Shown here in pieces: positions 45,041 to 54,549 of a stretch of DNA of 64,000 bases (position 1 is the first letter of the stretch; the number at the start of each line of letters is the position of its first letter). Origin of the DNA: Candidatus Saccharimonadia bacterium. Lineage in GTDB: Bacteria > Patescibacteriota > Saccharimonadia > UBA4664. The notes below the pieces were generated by a model that was not told where the DNA came from, did no database searches, and saw nothing but the letters and a program-made list of their open reading frames with translations. Location of the stretch: assembly GCA_035544015.1 (NCBI GenBank), contig DATKIP010000093.1:1156-65155 (forward strand). Reading direction: 5' to 3'. A program made the position numbers and the translations under genes.

Positions 45041-45724
45041 CTATTGAGTTTTGGTGAGGTACTCGTGCAGAGCCTTGCCCACACTCAATGCTGAAGCGGG
45101 ATTTTGGCCGGTTATCAGGTTTTTGTCGACCTCAATATTTTCTTGCCATAGCGGGTGCTTGGTGTATTTGGCTCCGCGTGCCACGAGCGCGCTTTCTAGC
45201 AAAAATGGCATTACCTTATCGAGATTGATGGCGCGCTCTTCGTCGTCGCTGAAGGCCGCCAGGTTTTTGTCTTTCACCAAAAAGCTGCCGTCACTCAACT
45301 TTACATTAACCAGTCCGGCGGGCCCGTGACAAACAGCCGCCACCCCTTTGCCGTCCTCAAACATTTTTGACGTTATGTGCTGGAGCGCGAGATTATCCGC
45401 AAAGTCCCACATCGTGCCATGACCGCCCACGTAGTAAATCGCCGCGTAGGTGTCCGGGTCAATATCCGCTGGCCGCAAGGTGTCAGCCAGCTTGCTCTGC
45501 AATTCGTCGTCTTCCATGAGTTGTTTTTGGAGCGGATCAGCCTCATCGTACCCATCGGCTCGAACAGCCCCACCGAGCGGGCTCACAAAATCAATTGCAT
45601 ACCCGTTGCCTCTCAAAAAAGCGTAGGGCTCGCCCATTTCGCTAAAGTGAAAGCCAGTTTTGCGGCCTGTCGAACCAAGCTCGGTGTGGCTCGTAACGAC
45701 AAAGAGTAGTTTTTTCATGATCAT
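45041..45724 (-). CDS. DJ-1/PfpI (class I glutamine amidotransferase-like, Hsp31-type) protein
   Basis: AAVCHGPAGL nucleophile-elbow motif; 227 aa. Confidence 0.75.
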   Translation of the reverse strand: MIMKKLLFVVTSHTELGSTGRKTGFHFSEMGEPYAFLRGNGYAIDFVSPLGGAVRADGYDEADPLQKQLMEDDELQSKLADTLRPADIDPDTYAAIYYVGGHGTMWDFADNLALQHITSKMFEDGKGVAAVCHGPAGLVNVKLSDGSFLVKDKNLAAFSDDEERAINLDKVMPFLLESALVARGAKYTKHPLWQENIEVDKNLITGQNPASALSVGKALHEYLTKTQ

Positions 45725-45809
45725 CCCGCTTTCATTTACTGCTCAAAATAATATATCATTGCGAGTATACAAATAATAAGTACACACTTTTATGTGGTAT
45801 AGTACCCAT

Positions 45810-46184
45810 ATGGATACCATCAAAAAAGATCACCTCCAACAGTGCCCCATAGAAGCAGTCATGAGCGTTTTGGGGGGCAAATGGAAAGTGGTCGTTATCG
45901 ATCAGCTTCTGAGCAATAGCGTAATGAGATTTAGCGAACTTCGGCGAGCAATGCCGGGCGTGACCCAGAAGATGCTTACTCAGCAGTTGCGGGAGCTCGA
46001 ACAATCTGGAATTGTTGAGCGCAAAATATACCCGGTAGTTCCGCCAAAAGTAGAGTATCGTCTGACCACAAAAGGCAAAACCCTAGAGGATTTGTTGGTA
46101 TTAATGAAGCAGTGGGGGGTGGATTTTATCAATTCTGATCGGGCAGTAGAACCTCTGGCGATGATACAATCAAAAAATGCCTGA
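45810..46184 (+). CDS. HxlR-family transcriptional regulator (second copy)
   Basis: CPIEAVMSVLGGKWKVVVIDQL...FSELRRAMPGVTQKMLTQQLRELE. TGGTATAGT lies 7 nt upstream of ATG 45810 (leaderless). The track ORF starts at 45792. Confidence 0.75.
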   Translation: MDTIKKDHLQQCPIEAVMSVLGGKWKVVVIDQLLSNSVMRFSELRRAMPGVTQKMLTQQLRELEQSGIVERKIYPVVPPKVEYRLTTKGKTLEDLLVLMKQWGVDFINSDRAVEPLAMIQSKNA

Positions 46185-47019
46185 TACCCCCTCCAGAGTT
46201 AATGCATTCACGGCCAACGGCCGCAATGGCAATCCGGCCGGGGTAGTGTTGGGCGCTGATGCGCTCGATGAGCGGCAAATGCTAGCGGTAGCTTCCGGGC
46301 TGGGACTGTCCGAAACGGCGTTTGTCAGCCAGAGCGATCGCGCCACCCGTAAGGTTCGATTTTTTACACCCACCACTGAGGTCGACCTTTGCGGCCACGC
46401 GACGATAGCCACGTGGTCTCTGCTTCACAAACTAGGTGAACTCTCGGTGGGCACATACACGCAAGAAACCAAGGCCGGCTTGCTGAAAGTGGAGATTCAA
46501 AATGAGGGGCTGGTCTTCATGGAGCAAACGAGGGCCGCATTTTTCGACAAAGTCGAACCCCCCGAGGTTGCGGGCATGCTGGGGATAAAAGCCAGCGATT
46601 TCCACGCGTCGCTCCATCCCCAAATCGTTTCCACTGGCATCAGAGATTTGCTGGTACCGCTGATCGACAAATCGGTTCTGGCGCGGCTCCGTCCCAACCT
46701 TGACGCCATCGCTGATTTTAGTCGGCGGCATGACATTAGCGGCTTTCATGTATTCGCGCTTTTGGAAAACGAGCAATCCTTAGCCAGCGCCCGCAACTTC
46801 GCTCCCGCCGACGGCATTCCCGAAGAGTGCGCCACCGGTACATCCAACGGAGCGTTGCTTTGCTATCTGAAGAACGAGCGTACATTGCCCCAGCGGGAAA
46901 TATACCGCGTCGAACAAGGCGAGGCGATGGGCCGCCTATCCTACATTTACGGTACATTCAAAGACGAGATCGTCTGGATCGGCGGGCAGGCGGAAATCAT
47001 AGATCGGCCGGGCCTATGA
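46177..47019 (+). CDS. PhzF-family isomerase (phenazine biosynthesis-like)
   Basis: NPAGVVL...SETAFV...DLCGHATIA pattern of the PhzF/DAP-epimerase fold. Confidence 0.75.
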   Translation: MPDTPSRVNAFTANGRNGNPAGVVLGADALDERQMLAVASGLGLSETAFVSQSDRATRKVRFFTPTTEVDLCGHATIATWSLLHKLGELSVGTYTQETKAGLLKVEIQNEGLVFMEQTRAAFFDKVEPPEVAGMLGIKASDFHASLHPQIVSTGIRDLLVPLIDKSVLARLRPNLDAIADFSRRHDISGFHVFALLENEQSLASARNFAPADGIPEECATGTSNGALLCYLKNERTLPQREIYRVEQGEAMGRLSYIYGTFKDEIVWIGGQAEIIDRPGL

Positions 47020-47645
47020 CAAATTCGCCCTTAGCCCTGCAGCTCGTCGGCCCCACCGATCCACTGCTCAACCAAGTCGCCCAAAAAGTTACCCGCGATG
47101 AGATTAATGCTGATGGTATCCAGGCCGTCATTGCTGGAATGCTGAAATTGTCCGCCGGCAAAGGACACACCAAAGCAGACTCTCGCCAAATGGTGGGACT
47201 TGCCGCCGTACAGGTAGGCGTGGATAAGCGAATCATCTCAATTGATCTGGCGGCGGATGGTTCGAACAAGCAGCAGGACCTTTTGATAGTCATCAACCCT
47301 ACCATTGCCATCCGTTCTGCGGCCACGATGCCGGGCCGTGAAGGCTGTTGGTCGTGCGGCGATATTTGCGGGAACGTAGAGCGTGCGAAGGAGGTTACAC
47401 TTGAGGGCTTAGATCGGCACGGGAAACCTCTCAGGCTTCACCTTGTCGATTTCGCCGCTCGGATCGCCCAGCACGAGACCGACCATCTTGACGGTATTCG
47501 CTTCCCGGATCGCATCCCCAAGGACCATCCAGAGCGTCTTCACCTCGTCCGTCCAGCTGAATTTGAAGCATACCGACAGAACTGGCAAAATTGGCCCGTT
47601 GTATGTCCGCGCGAGACATGGGAGTCGATGAAAGCTGGAATGTAG
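47016..47645 (+). CDS. def: peptide deformylase
   Basis: The three PDF motifs GLAAVQVG, EGCWSC and HETDHLDG. ATGA overlap with the phzF-like stop. Confidence 0.8.
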   Translation: MTNSPLALQLVGPTDPLLNQVAQKVTRDEINADGIQAVIAGMLKLSAGKGHTKADSRQMVGLAAVQVGVDKRIISIDLAADGSNKQQDLLIVINPTIAIRSAATMPGREGCWSCGDICGNVERAKEVTLEGLDRHGKPLRLHLVDFAARIAQHETDHLDGIRFPDRIPKDHPERLHLVRPAEFEAYRQNWQNWPVVCPRETWESMKAGM

Positions 47646-47692
47646 CCAATATCAGTTGCTTCTCAGCTTGAGACAATTAGTATAGTAAGCAC

Positions 47693-48190
47693 ATGAACAC
47701 AACTACTACCCCCGAAGCCCCTACCAAATCCGCTGACCGGCCCGCTCTGCCGCCGCACCAGCCGCATAGCGAACAATTCTACACCGAACTCATCCGCATC
47801 ATCGCCGGGCTGTTCGTGGGGCTCATTGCGCTTATGACCTTCTTGCTCACCGTTGGTTTTCAGCACCCGCACAGCGGGTTTTCGTGGGCGCTCTACGCGT
47901 CGATCATCACGCTGGCGCTCAATCTCGTGGCGTACGTGGCCGGACATTACTTCCGGACCCAATGCGGCTTGCAGCGCCGGGCCTTTGACGCCGCCGCCGA
48001 TGAGGGCCAAGATCTGGCCGCTCGCAAGCGCACCTGGGAACAGGCTCGCAAGCGCCTCAAGGTCGTGCGCGCCCTGCAGCAAGTGCTGTTCATTGCTGCA
48101 GTCGTCGCCATGACCTGCCTGGCGCTCGCCACGGCCAACTTCTTCTTTACCATCGCGCCGCCCGCACCTTCGGCTGCGCCCGTCCAGTAG
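47693..48190 (+). CDS. hypothetical membrane protein
   Basis: 165 aa with 3-4 TM. Confidence 0.5.
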   Translation: MNTTTTPEAPTKSADRPALPPHQPHSEQFYTELIRIIAGLFVGLIALMTFLLTVGFQHPHSGFSWALYASIITLALNLVAYVAGHYFRTQCGLQRRAFDAAADEGQDLAARKRTWEQARKRLKVVRALQQVLFIAAVVAMTCLALATANFFFTIAPPAPSAAPVQ

Positions 48191-48259
48191 CGCTTTGCAG
48201 CCCCGCGCGCTTTAGCTTTGCGCCGCCACCGAGTATAATCAAGCGGTTACCACGATTGC

Positions 48260-48333
48260 GGCACCTTGGCGGAGTGGTTACGCAGCGGTCTGCAAAACCG
48301 CGTACACCGGTTCAATTCCGGTAGGTGCCTCCA
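48260..48333 (+). tRNA. tRNA-Cys (anticodon GCA)
   Basis: GGCACCT/AGGTGCC acceptor, anticodon stem GCGGT/ACCGC with loop CTGCAAA. TATAAT at about 48234-48239 upstream. Confidence 0.85.
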
Positions 48334-48451
48334 GGTATTATAGTTCGACATTCCGCGACAATTATTGTAGAGTAGTGAGCGCGCCCAATCTGGGCCGTGT
48401 TCCATCATGGCCTGCCGCCAGCACCACCGAGCCCCGAGGGAGGGGACGAGA

Positions 48452-49174
48452 ATGTCGGTCTTGATCAAGCTCGATGCCCCACCCACCGTGCCGCGCGATC
48501 TCCTGGCGCACCTCGCCGGACGGCTCCTCCATAAGCTGGTCGAAGGTCTCGATCATAGCCCCCTCGGGCCCTCAGAGTCGCCGGTACGGCAGCTGCCGTA
48601 CCGAAAGCTCCTGCAAGCCATCGGCTTCGAGCTCGGACGCCAGCGCTTCAACGCCGACCGTCGCAACCCGGACCGCCCCTATCTTCGCTACCTAGATTAT
48701 GTCAAGGAGCCTTCGGAGCTAAGCTCGGCCGAATTCGGCCACGAGGTAATCGAGGCGCTTAGGATAGCAGGGGAGCAAAAGCTCACCCTCTCGACGAGCG
48801 GCGCGATCCGGGTGCGGGAGACGGAGATCATCGATGACCGCTGGTTCCGCGACCACCCCAAGCTCGTGCGATTTGCCGACCGCGCCATCACCCTCTCGGT
48901 CACGAACAATTTTCTCCCGGAACCGCTCTTGCGGTTCATCGAGAACAGCCGGGCGAGGGTGATTGTCACCGATATACCGTCGCTAGGGCTGCGGGGAGCG
49001 GGCTTCTGGCTCAGCCCCAACGCTAAACCGTCAACCGAGTTCCTTGACCCGCCGTTCGGTTACGTACGCGTCAGCCTCGCCGACCGTGAGGTTGACGATG
49101 TGGTCGACGTCATCATAGAGCAGCTGGAAAACTGGCCCTGGTTCCAGCGGCAACTTGCTCTAGCCCAATTCTGA
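48452..49174 (+). CDS. hypothetical protein
   Basis: ATG at 48452 preceded by GGGAGGGG. 240 aa. No domain recognised. Confidence 0.5.
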   Translation: MSVLIKLDAPPTVPRDLLAHLAGRLLHKLVEGLDHSPLGPSESPVRQLPYRKLLQAIGFELGRQRFNADRRNPDRPYLRYLDYVKEPSELSSAEFGHEVIEALRIAGEQKLTLSTSGAIRVRETEIIDDRWFRDHPKLVRFADRAITLSVTNNFLPEPLLRFIENSRARVIVTDIPSLGLRGAGFWLSPNAKPSTEFLDPPFGYVRVSLADREVDDVVDVIIEQLENWPWFQRQLALAQF

Positions 49175-49278
49175 CACCCTCAATCTAGGGCCACCCGGCC
49201 CGCAGAGCTAGGCTCGTACCGCGCTCTGCGGGCCTTCTCTGTGTCAATTTCAACTGCTATCATTACTCCAGTCACCCT

Positions 49279-49362
49279 GGGCGGGTGGTGGAATGGTATA
49301 CACGGAGGACTTAAAATTCTCTGCCGCAAGGATTGTGGGTTCGACTCCCACCCCGCCTACCA
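49279..49362 (+). tRNA. tRNA-Leu (anticodon TAA), class II
   Basis: GGGCGGG/CCCGCCT acceptor (G-U at pair 1), anticodon stem GAGGA/TTCTC with loop CTTAAAA, long variable arm, T-loop TTCGACT. Confidence 0.8.
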
Positions 49363-49366
49363 GTAA

Positions 49367-49921
49367 TTATCGCTCGATTGATCGTAAAAACGCCGTAAAC
49401 TCCGAACTGGCCATCAGCTGGTCGTACTGATCCCTGGCCCAATACGAGTAATCCGCGCCGGCCACCGCGGCGCCATACTCATCCCACCGCAGCCAGGCAT
49501 AATCTCCGACCTCTTCCGGATTCGGAGCTGGCTGCCCGTCCGTACGCGCCACAAACACTGGGCAAATCTCGTTTTCAATAATCCCGTTAAACGGAGGAGT
49601 CATGTAGCGATAATCCGGCAGCATCACGCGGATATCACTCACTGCCAGCCCCAGCTCGTACTCCGCTCGCCGCCGGATCGCGTCCTCGAAGCCTTCGCCC
49701 GGCGCCGGGTGGCCGCACACACTGTTGGTCCACACGCCGGGCCACACCTTTTTGCTCGCCGCGCGCTGTGTCACCAAAAATCGCCCGGTCTCGTCAAACA
49801 CGTAGCACGAAAACGCCCGGTGCAGCGGCGTGTGCGCGTGGTGCGAAGCCAGCTTGGGGGCCGTGCCGATCTCCCGGCCGCGCTCGTCTACGAGGACAAT
49901 CATTTCCATGTTGGTCATCAT
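49367..49921 (-). CDS. idi: isopentenyl-diphosphate delta-isomerase, type 1
   Basis: [40 protein letters not shown] is near-identical to the E. coli Idi core (LHLAFSSWLFN...[21 protein letters not shown]). The track ORF extends to GTG 49969 through a repeat element; ATG 49921 or 49909 is more likely. Confidence 0.85.
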   Translation of the reverse strand: [184 protein letters not shown]

Positions 49922-49930
49922 AGCAGACGC

Positions 49931-50033
49931 CAAAAACCAAACGACCCGCGTTTCGCTCATGCAAAACACGGGTAGATAATGCGCCTAGAGCGCGTGGGGG
50001 CGGCCGAATCAGTGCTTCGAGCTCGCCCCCGGT
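49931..50033 (-). repeat. roughly 100-nt structured repeat, copy 1 (two hairpins plus T-run on the minus strand; terminator-like)
   Basis: About 90% identical to 51164-51264. The minus strand reads GGGGGCG...CGCCCCC hairpin, then ACCCGTGTTT-TGCATGAGCG-AAACGCGGGT hairpin, then TTTGGTTTTTG. Confidence 0.55.
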
Positions 50034-50048
50034 GGAGGGATTATTGGG

Positions 50049-50474
50049 TTACGCCGACGCGACGACGGACAGCCGCGGCTCGTGGGCGAGAAACTCGCGC
50101 AGTTGCCGCTCGATCTGCTCGCTGATCGAGTGCTTGGCGCACGTCACCACGACCTGGTCCGTCTCCGAGACGTATCGCACCCAGACCAGTTCCGCCACCT
50201 CTCCCTCCAGACAGAGGGCCAGATCCGGCAGGGTGAGCAGGTTGAAGTGAACGCGGGAGGGCAGCATCTGCAAGCGGACACCCCCACGGTCGGGAGTCAC
50301 AATCGGCATGAAGCCGATCTCGGCCACCACATGCAGGTACAGCTCTCGACCGTACCCGAATTCCCGTTGCCGCCTCACGCGCTCCAGCTGGCGATGCCGG
50401 TACCGCCAGCTGCCGATTTCGTAACAACCAGCGAGCACGAGTAACACGAGTAAAGCGATGACCCAGTGTGGCAT
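50049..50474 (-). CDS. membrane protein, paralog A of a duplicated module
   Basis: ATG at 50474 preceded by GGAGG with a 5-nt spacer. N-terminal TM. A homologous block (...LPSRVHFNLLTLPDLALCLEGEVAELVWVRYVSETDQVVVTC) matches paralog B. Confidence 0.55.
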   Translation of the reverse strand: MPHWVIALLVLLVLAGCYEIGSWRYRHRQLERVRRQREFGYGRELYLHVVAEIGFMPIVTPDRGGVRLQMLPSRVHFNLLTLPDLALCLEGEVAELVWVRYVSETDQVVVTCAKHSISEQIERQLREFLAHEPRLSVVASA

Positions 50475-50698
50475 GACGACCTCCGCGTCTCGAGCCGACA
50501 GAACATGAACAAGGTACACTATAACATAGATATAATATATTTCAAGTCTTCCCACCTAGCGTCGCCTACCCACAACTATCCAAAAATAAGGCGGTTTTGA
50601 GCCGTATTATTTGTTACGAGTGATCGTCCACTTTCGAGCGCGTCAATGAGAAGATACCCCAGCACTGTCATTCGACCGTAGTTCAGAGAGGACAATGC

Positions 50699-51094
50699 AT
50701 GAGACGCACTCTAGCTCGGCTAGGAGTGATGCTGGCCCTGGTTCTGCTCGCGGCGGGATGCGGCGCCCCAGCGCCCGACACCGCCTCCGTGCGAAACGAC
50801 CAGCAAGGCGCCCTGATCAACCTGGCTTTGGCCGCCGGCTATAAAATCGCAGGCATACCGTCGTATGAAGTAATGCGGTGGACGACGTATGTCTGGATAC
50901 CCGACTGCAAAGCGAAAATCACGATCGACGGCAACACCGCACCGGCAGCGGAGAATCCAACGTCGTTTACGGTGAACAGCATTGGTGGAGTTCCGCTCAT
51001 CGTGAGCAATCCCGGAACCGACACCACCAACCTATCGGCCGCCGCTCTCAAGTCCATCGACGGGATGCGCCAGAGGCTCGGATGCACCCGGTAA
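50699..51094 (+). CDS. lipoprotein (lipobox LAAGC)
   Basis: 131 aa with signal peptide MRRTLARLGVMLALVLLAAGCG. Confidence 0.55.
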   Translation: MRRTLARLGVMLALVLLAAGCGAPAPDTASVRNDQQGALINLALAAGYKIAGIPSYEVMRWTTYVWIPDCKAKITIDGNTAPAAENPTSFTVNSIGGVPLIVSNPGTDTTNLSAAALKSIDGMRQRLGCTR

Positions 51095-51163
51095 GACAGT
51101 GACAGTGAACCCCGCGGCGCCGGTGCGGGCCGCGGGGTTCACATCCCAGTGGCAATTATTGCT

Positions 51164-51264
51164 CAAAAACCAAAACACCCGCGTTTCGCTCATGCAAAAC
51201 ACGGGTATACTACGCTCAGAGCGCATGGGGGCGGCCGAATCAGTTCTTCGAGCTCGCCCCCGGT
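51164..51264 (-). repeat. roughly 100-nt structured repeat, copy 2
   Basis: See copy 1. Lies immediately 3' of paralog B. Confidence 0.55.
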
Positions 51265-51285
51265 AGGAATTGAATGCAGCTCGGC

Positions 51286-51720
51286 CTAGCCCAGCTGCAC
51301 CTCGTACCGAGCCTCTTCCCCCACGTTCGCTGTCAGGAAGTTCGCAACGTCGTTGCAGAGGGTCGGCGTGAAGCACGTTACGATCACCAACCCGACCCTC
51401 CGAACATACTGCACCCGCACCGCTTCGCTGTCTGTGCCCTCCAGGCGGAAGGTGAATGGCGGAAGGAAGCGCAGCTGCGCGGTGCGGGAGCTGTCCACGA
51501 GCTCGAGTCGCCGGCCCGGGCCGGACGCCGACTCGGCGCTGCTGAACTGAGCCCCGAGCACGAACAGAATCTCGGTATACAGCTGCAAGTCGGCGGCTTC
51601 CTCGAGCCGGTCCTGGCCGAACCTTCGCAGTGCGACGCAGCGGATGCGAGTCCAGATCAGCAGGGCTGCGACTGCCACGCCGCAGGCTATCAACCAAGCG
51701 TAGCCGGGGAGAGCAAACAT
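51286..51720 (-). CDS. membrane protein, paralog B
   Basis: ATG at 51720 preceded by GGAGG with a 5-nt spacer, the same arrangement as paralog A. Confidence 0.55.
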   Translation of the reverse strand: MFALPGYAWLIACGVAVAALLIWTRIRCVALRRFGQDRLEEAADLQLYTEILFVLGAQFSSAESASGPGRRLELVDSSRTAQLRFLPPFTFRLEGTDSEAVRVQYVRRVGLVIVTCFTPTLCNDVANFLTANVGEEARYEVQLG

Positions 51721-51783
51721 TTTGACCTCCAGAGGAGAGAGTACGGACGAGACCAAACTATTATAGCATTAAAACTAAAAAAT

Positions 51784-52677
51784 TCAAGACCGCAAACGCC
51801 GCGCTCGCCGCACCAGCGCCCACAGCCCCACCCCCAGCAACAACAACACCGTGCCGCCCACAATCACAAACGTCACCCGCGGCATGAGCAGCATCCACCG
51901 CGACACCTCCTCGGTGCGGCCGAGATATTTCACCGTCGCCGTCACCTTATACAGACCAATCGGCGCCGGTGCCGGCAGCGCCAGGTCAAAGCGCCGCGTC
52001 GTGCCGGGCAGCACCTCGCCTTTGAGTGGCACCGCCTTGCCCGCATCAGCGCCAAACGGGCCCGTCAGCCGCGCGGTGCCCTCGGCCAAAAAGTGCAGGT
52101 TGCCGTCGTTGTGCAGCCGCAGCGCGCCCCGCACCGGCCCCACCGATTGCAGCCGCGCCACCTCCAGGGGCATCACGCTCCCGTCTTGGCGCACTTCGCC
52201 CCGCACGTTCACATAAAACAGCGTGCCGATGCGCTCAATCCGTGACACAAACGCCCCGCCGCTGCCCGCCGGCGGAATCGTCTCCACAAACACCGCCGCA
52301 TAATGCCCGCCGATCGCCGCCGTCCGCGGTACGTTCACCGTGTAATCGAAGGTTTGCTCCACCCGCGCCTTCACCGTGAAGCTCCCGGCGGGCAGACTAA
52401 ACCACGACACTGGTGACACATCCGCCGCCTTGCCGCTGCTGTCAAAATTCCCCACGTAGGTCTCACCGGTCACGCGATAATCCGTGGCGTACACGCGGTA
52501 ATTCACATCCGTCGCGCCATCGTTGATCACGGTAATGTGCCCGCGGTACGTGCCACCCGGATCCAGCGCCACCTCCTGGCTCGTCGGCGACACCCCGATG
52601 CCCTGCACCGCACCCCAAGCCCCGGCCGGCCACCCCGCAACCAAAAACAGCCCTAACGCTAGCCCAAATCGCCGCAC
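51784..52677 (-). CDS. DUF916-like cell-surface protein, third copy
   Basis: GTG 52677 gives signal peptide (M)RRFGLALGLFLVAGWPAGAWG, 5 nt after the upstream stop. GGHYAAVFVETIPP motif. C-terminal TM plus RRARRLRS. The track start is TTG 52728. Confidence 0.55.
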   Translation of the reverse strand: MRRFGLALGLFLVAGWPAGAWGAVQGIGVSPTSQEVALDPGGTYRGHITVINDGATDVNYRVYATDYRVTGETYVGNFDSSGKAADVSPVSWFSLPAGSFTVKARVEQTFDYTVNVPRTAAIGGHYAAVFVETIPPAGSGGAFVSRIERIGTLFYVNVRGEVRQDGSVMPLEVARLQSVGPVRGALRLHNDGNLHFLAEGTARLTGPFGADAGKAVPLKGEVLPGTTRRFDLALPAPAPIGLYKVTATVKYLGRTEEVSRWMLLMPRVTFVIVGGTVLLLLGVGLWALVRRARRLRS

Positions 52678-52681
52678 AAGC

Positions 52682-53296
52682 TTAATTCGTCGTAATAGTA
52701 TACGTAACGGTGGTAGAATACGTCCCAATCGGCTGACTGCTGCTTACCCGCGCACTATACCACACGGTCGACGACGCCGAGCCCGTGCTCGCGGTGGTCT
52801 TGATCGTAAACGGCGACGCATTGGTGGGGATCCCCGCGTAGGTCAGCGAGCTCGGCGCCGCACTCGAAATCGTAGTGGTCGGCCCGGCGCCAAATCCGCC
52901 CAAGCTGTCGATGCGCCAGCCCCAATGGTTGTTGGTGAGCGTGGCCGGCGACCCTGGTGTGCCCGCGCCGGTCGCAATCGTATTGGCGCCGCTCACCATG
53001 TCGGTCACGCTGGCGCTCGTCTCTTTGAGCGTCACCGTAAACCCAGCCGTATCATTGGTGTCGGCGGTCACCGTGTCGCTCGCCGCCGACTGCTTGCCGG
53101 TCGAATCCGGCGTGATCGCTCCCAGCGTCACCGTCGGCCCCGAAGAATACGAAATAATCACCGGATTCACGGTGAGGTTGAGCGTGGTATCGGTGGTTTG
53201 CGTGTCGGCACTCACCGCAAACGGCAGCGTCACCGCCGCCAAATTTATTCCCAGAATTCCGAGCGCTAGAGTTTTGTTTCGGCTAAGCTTAAGCAT
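52682..53296 (-). CDS. secreted WxL-like surface protein (short form)
   Basis: Signal peptide. NNHWGWRIDSLGG and C-terminal IGTYSTTVTYTITTN match the two-motif WxL architecture. Confidence 0.6.
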   Translation of the reverse strand: MLKLSRNKTLALGILGINLAAVTLPFAVSADTQTTDTTLNLTVNPVIISYSSGPTVTLGAITPDSTGKQSAASDTVTADTNDTAGFTVTLKETSASVTDMVSGANTIATGAGTPGSPATLTNNHWGWRIDSLGGFGAGPTTTISSAAPSSLTYAGIPTNASPFTIKTTASTGSASSTVWYSARVSSSQPIGTYSTTVTYTITTN

Positions 53297-53409
53297 TACC
53301 CCAACAATAGGGCAAATCCTTTACCAAAGTCAAATAAAGCCCCCATATCGCCCCTCCGCAAAGCGCACAACATTTGCTATACTATAGTCAACAAACCAAA
53401 GGGTACCGC

Positions 53410-53967
53410 ATGAACACAACGATCATTATATTAATTGTAGCCGCAGTGTTGGCTGGGGCACTCATTGCGGTCTACAACGGGCTCATCCGCTCGCGCGTCC
53501 GCGTCGACGAGGCCTGGAGCGACATCACCGTCCAGCTCAAGCGCCGCTACGACCTCATTCCCAACCTCGTTAACACCGTCAAGGGCTACGCCGAGCACGA
53601 GTCCAAAGTGTTCACGCAGGTCACCGAGGCTCGCACCCAGGCCATGAACGCCACCGGCCTCACCCAAAAAGCCGAAGCCGAAAACATGCTCGAAGGCGCC
53701 CTCAAGAGTCTGTTTGCCGTCTCTGAAGCCTACCCCGACCTCAAGGCCAACCAGGGCTTTCAGCAGCTCCAAGGCGAACTCGTAGACACTGAGGACAAAA
53801 TCCAGGCTTCGCGCCGCTTCTACAACGGCTCAGTGCGCGATTACAACATCAAATTGCAAGTCTTTCCCACCAGTCTGCTCGCCGGCATGCTCGGGTTTAC
53901 TCACCGCGACTTCTTTGAGGTCGAGAACCAGGCCGAAGTCGAGAAGGCCGTCGAAGTTAAATTCTAA
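53410..53967 (+). CDS. lemA: LemA family protein
   Basis: N-terminal TM then LIRSRVRVDEAWSDITVQLKRRYDLIPNLV...FYNGSVRDYN. ATG 53410 preceded by AAAGGG. Confidence 0.8.
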   Translation: MNTTIIILIVAAVLAGALIAVYNGLIRSRVRVDEAWSDITVQLKRRYDLIPNLVNTVKGYAEHESKVFTQVTEARTQAMNATGLTQKAEAENMLEGALKSLFAVSEAYPDLKANQGFQQLQGELVDTEDKIQASRRFYNGSVRDYNIKLQVFPTSLLAGMLGFTHRDFFEVENQAEVEKAVEVKF

Positions 53968-53979
53968 TCAGAGGACTAC

Positions 53980-54549
53980 ATGAAGCTGTCAGAATACCGA
54001 AATAGTAGCAGCTGGCAGAAAGCCATCGATCTGGGACCCAAACTAATGGCTTTGGCAGAGGAGCTGCCCGCCAGCGAAGAAACAGGCCTGAGCCTCCAGC
54101 TGCGCCAGCTCATGGTGGAGCTACCCGCCACCATCGCCGCCGATCTGGTGCAGGAGCACAGCGACGAGCGGCTCATGCCCGCGCTCAAGTTGCTCGCCAC
54201 CCTCGAGCTCATCGATCGCGTATACCCCGCGCTCGATACCGCCGGCGTGCGCAGCGAGGCCGATGCGCTGGCCGAGGGCCTCGTGTCGGGCGAGCCGGCG
54301 GCCCGCGACGCCGAGCCGCCCCAGCCGGCGCCGGCGCCCGAACGGGAGCTCGAGCCCGCCGCCACTCCGGTGCTGGCCTCAGAAGTCGGCGCCGGCTCCG
54401 AGGTGAGCGTGAGCCCCGACGGCACCGTGGGCGATCAGCCGGCCGAGCCCGCCGCCGCCAGCGCCCCGGCTCCCACCATCGTCCCCGTCACCACCGCGTC
54501 CGAGCCATCGCCACAGGAGTCCAATGTACACTCAGATAGCCAGCAATAA
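53980..54549 (+). CDS. four-helix-bundle protein (23S-rRNA-IVS-protein-like) with acidic low-complexity tail
   Basis: N-terminal pattern SEYRNSSSWQKAIDL...ELPASEETGLSLQLRQ...ELPATIAADL resembles TIGR02436. GAGGA SD. Confidence 0.45.
   Translation: MKLSEYRNSSSWQKAIDLGPKLMALAEELPASEETGLSLQLRQLMVELPATIAADLVQEHSDERLMPALKLLATLELIDRVYPALDTAGVRSEADALAEGLVSGEPAARDAEPPQPAPAPERELEPAATPVLASEVGAGSEVSVSPDGTVGDQPAEPAAASAPAPTIVPVTTASEPSPQESNVHSDSQQ

Noticed and set aside
51032-52245. ORFs 51032..51697 (minus) and 51274..52245 (plus)
   Set aside because: They overlap the structured repeat and the well-supported paralog B and DUF916-like genes; Arg-rich nonsense composition.
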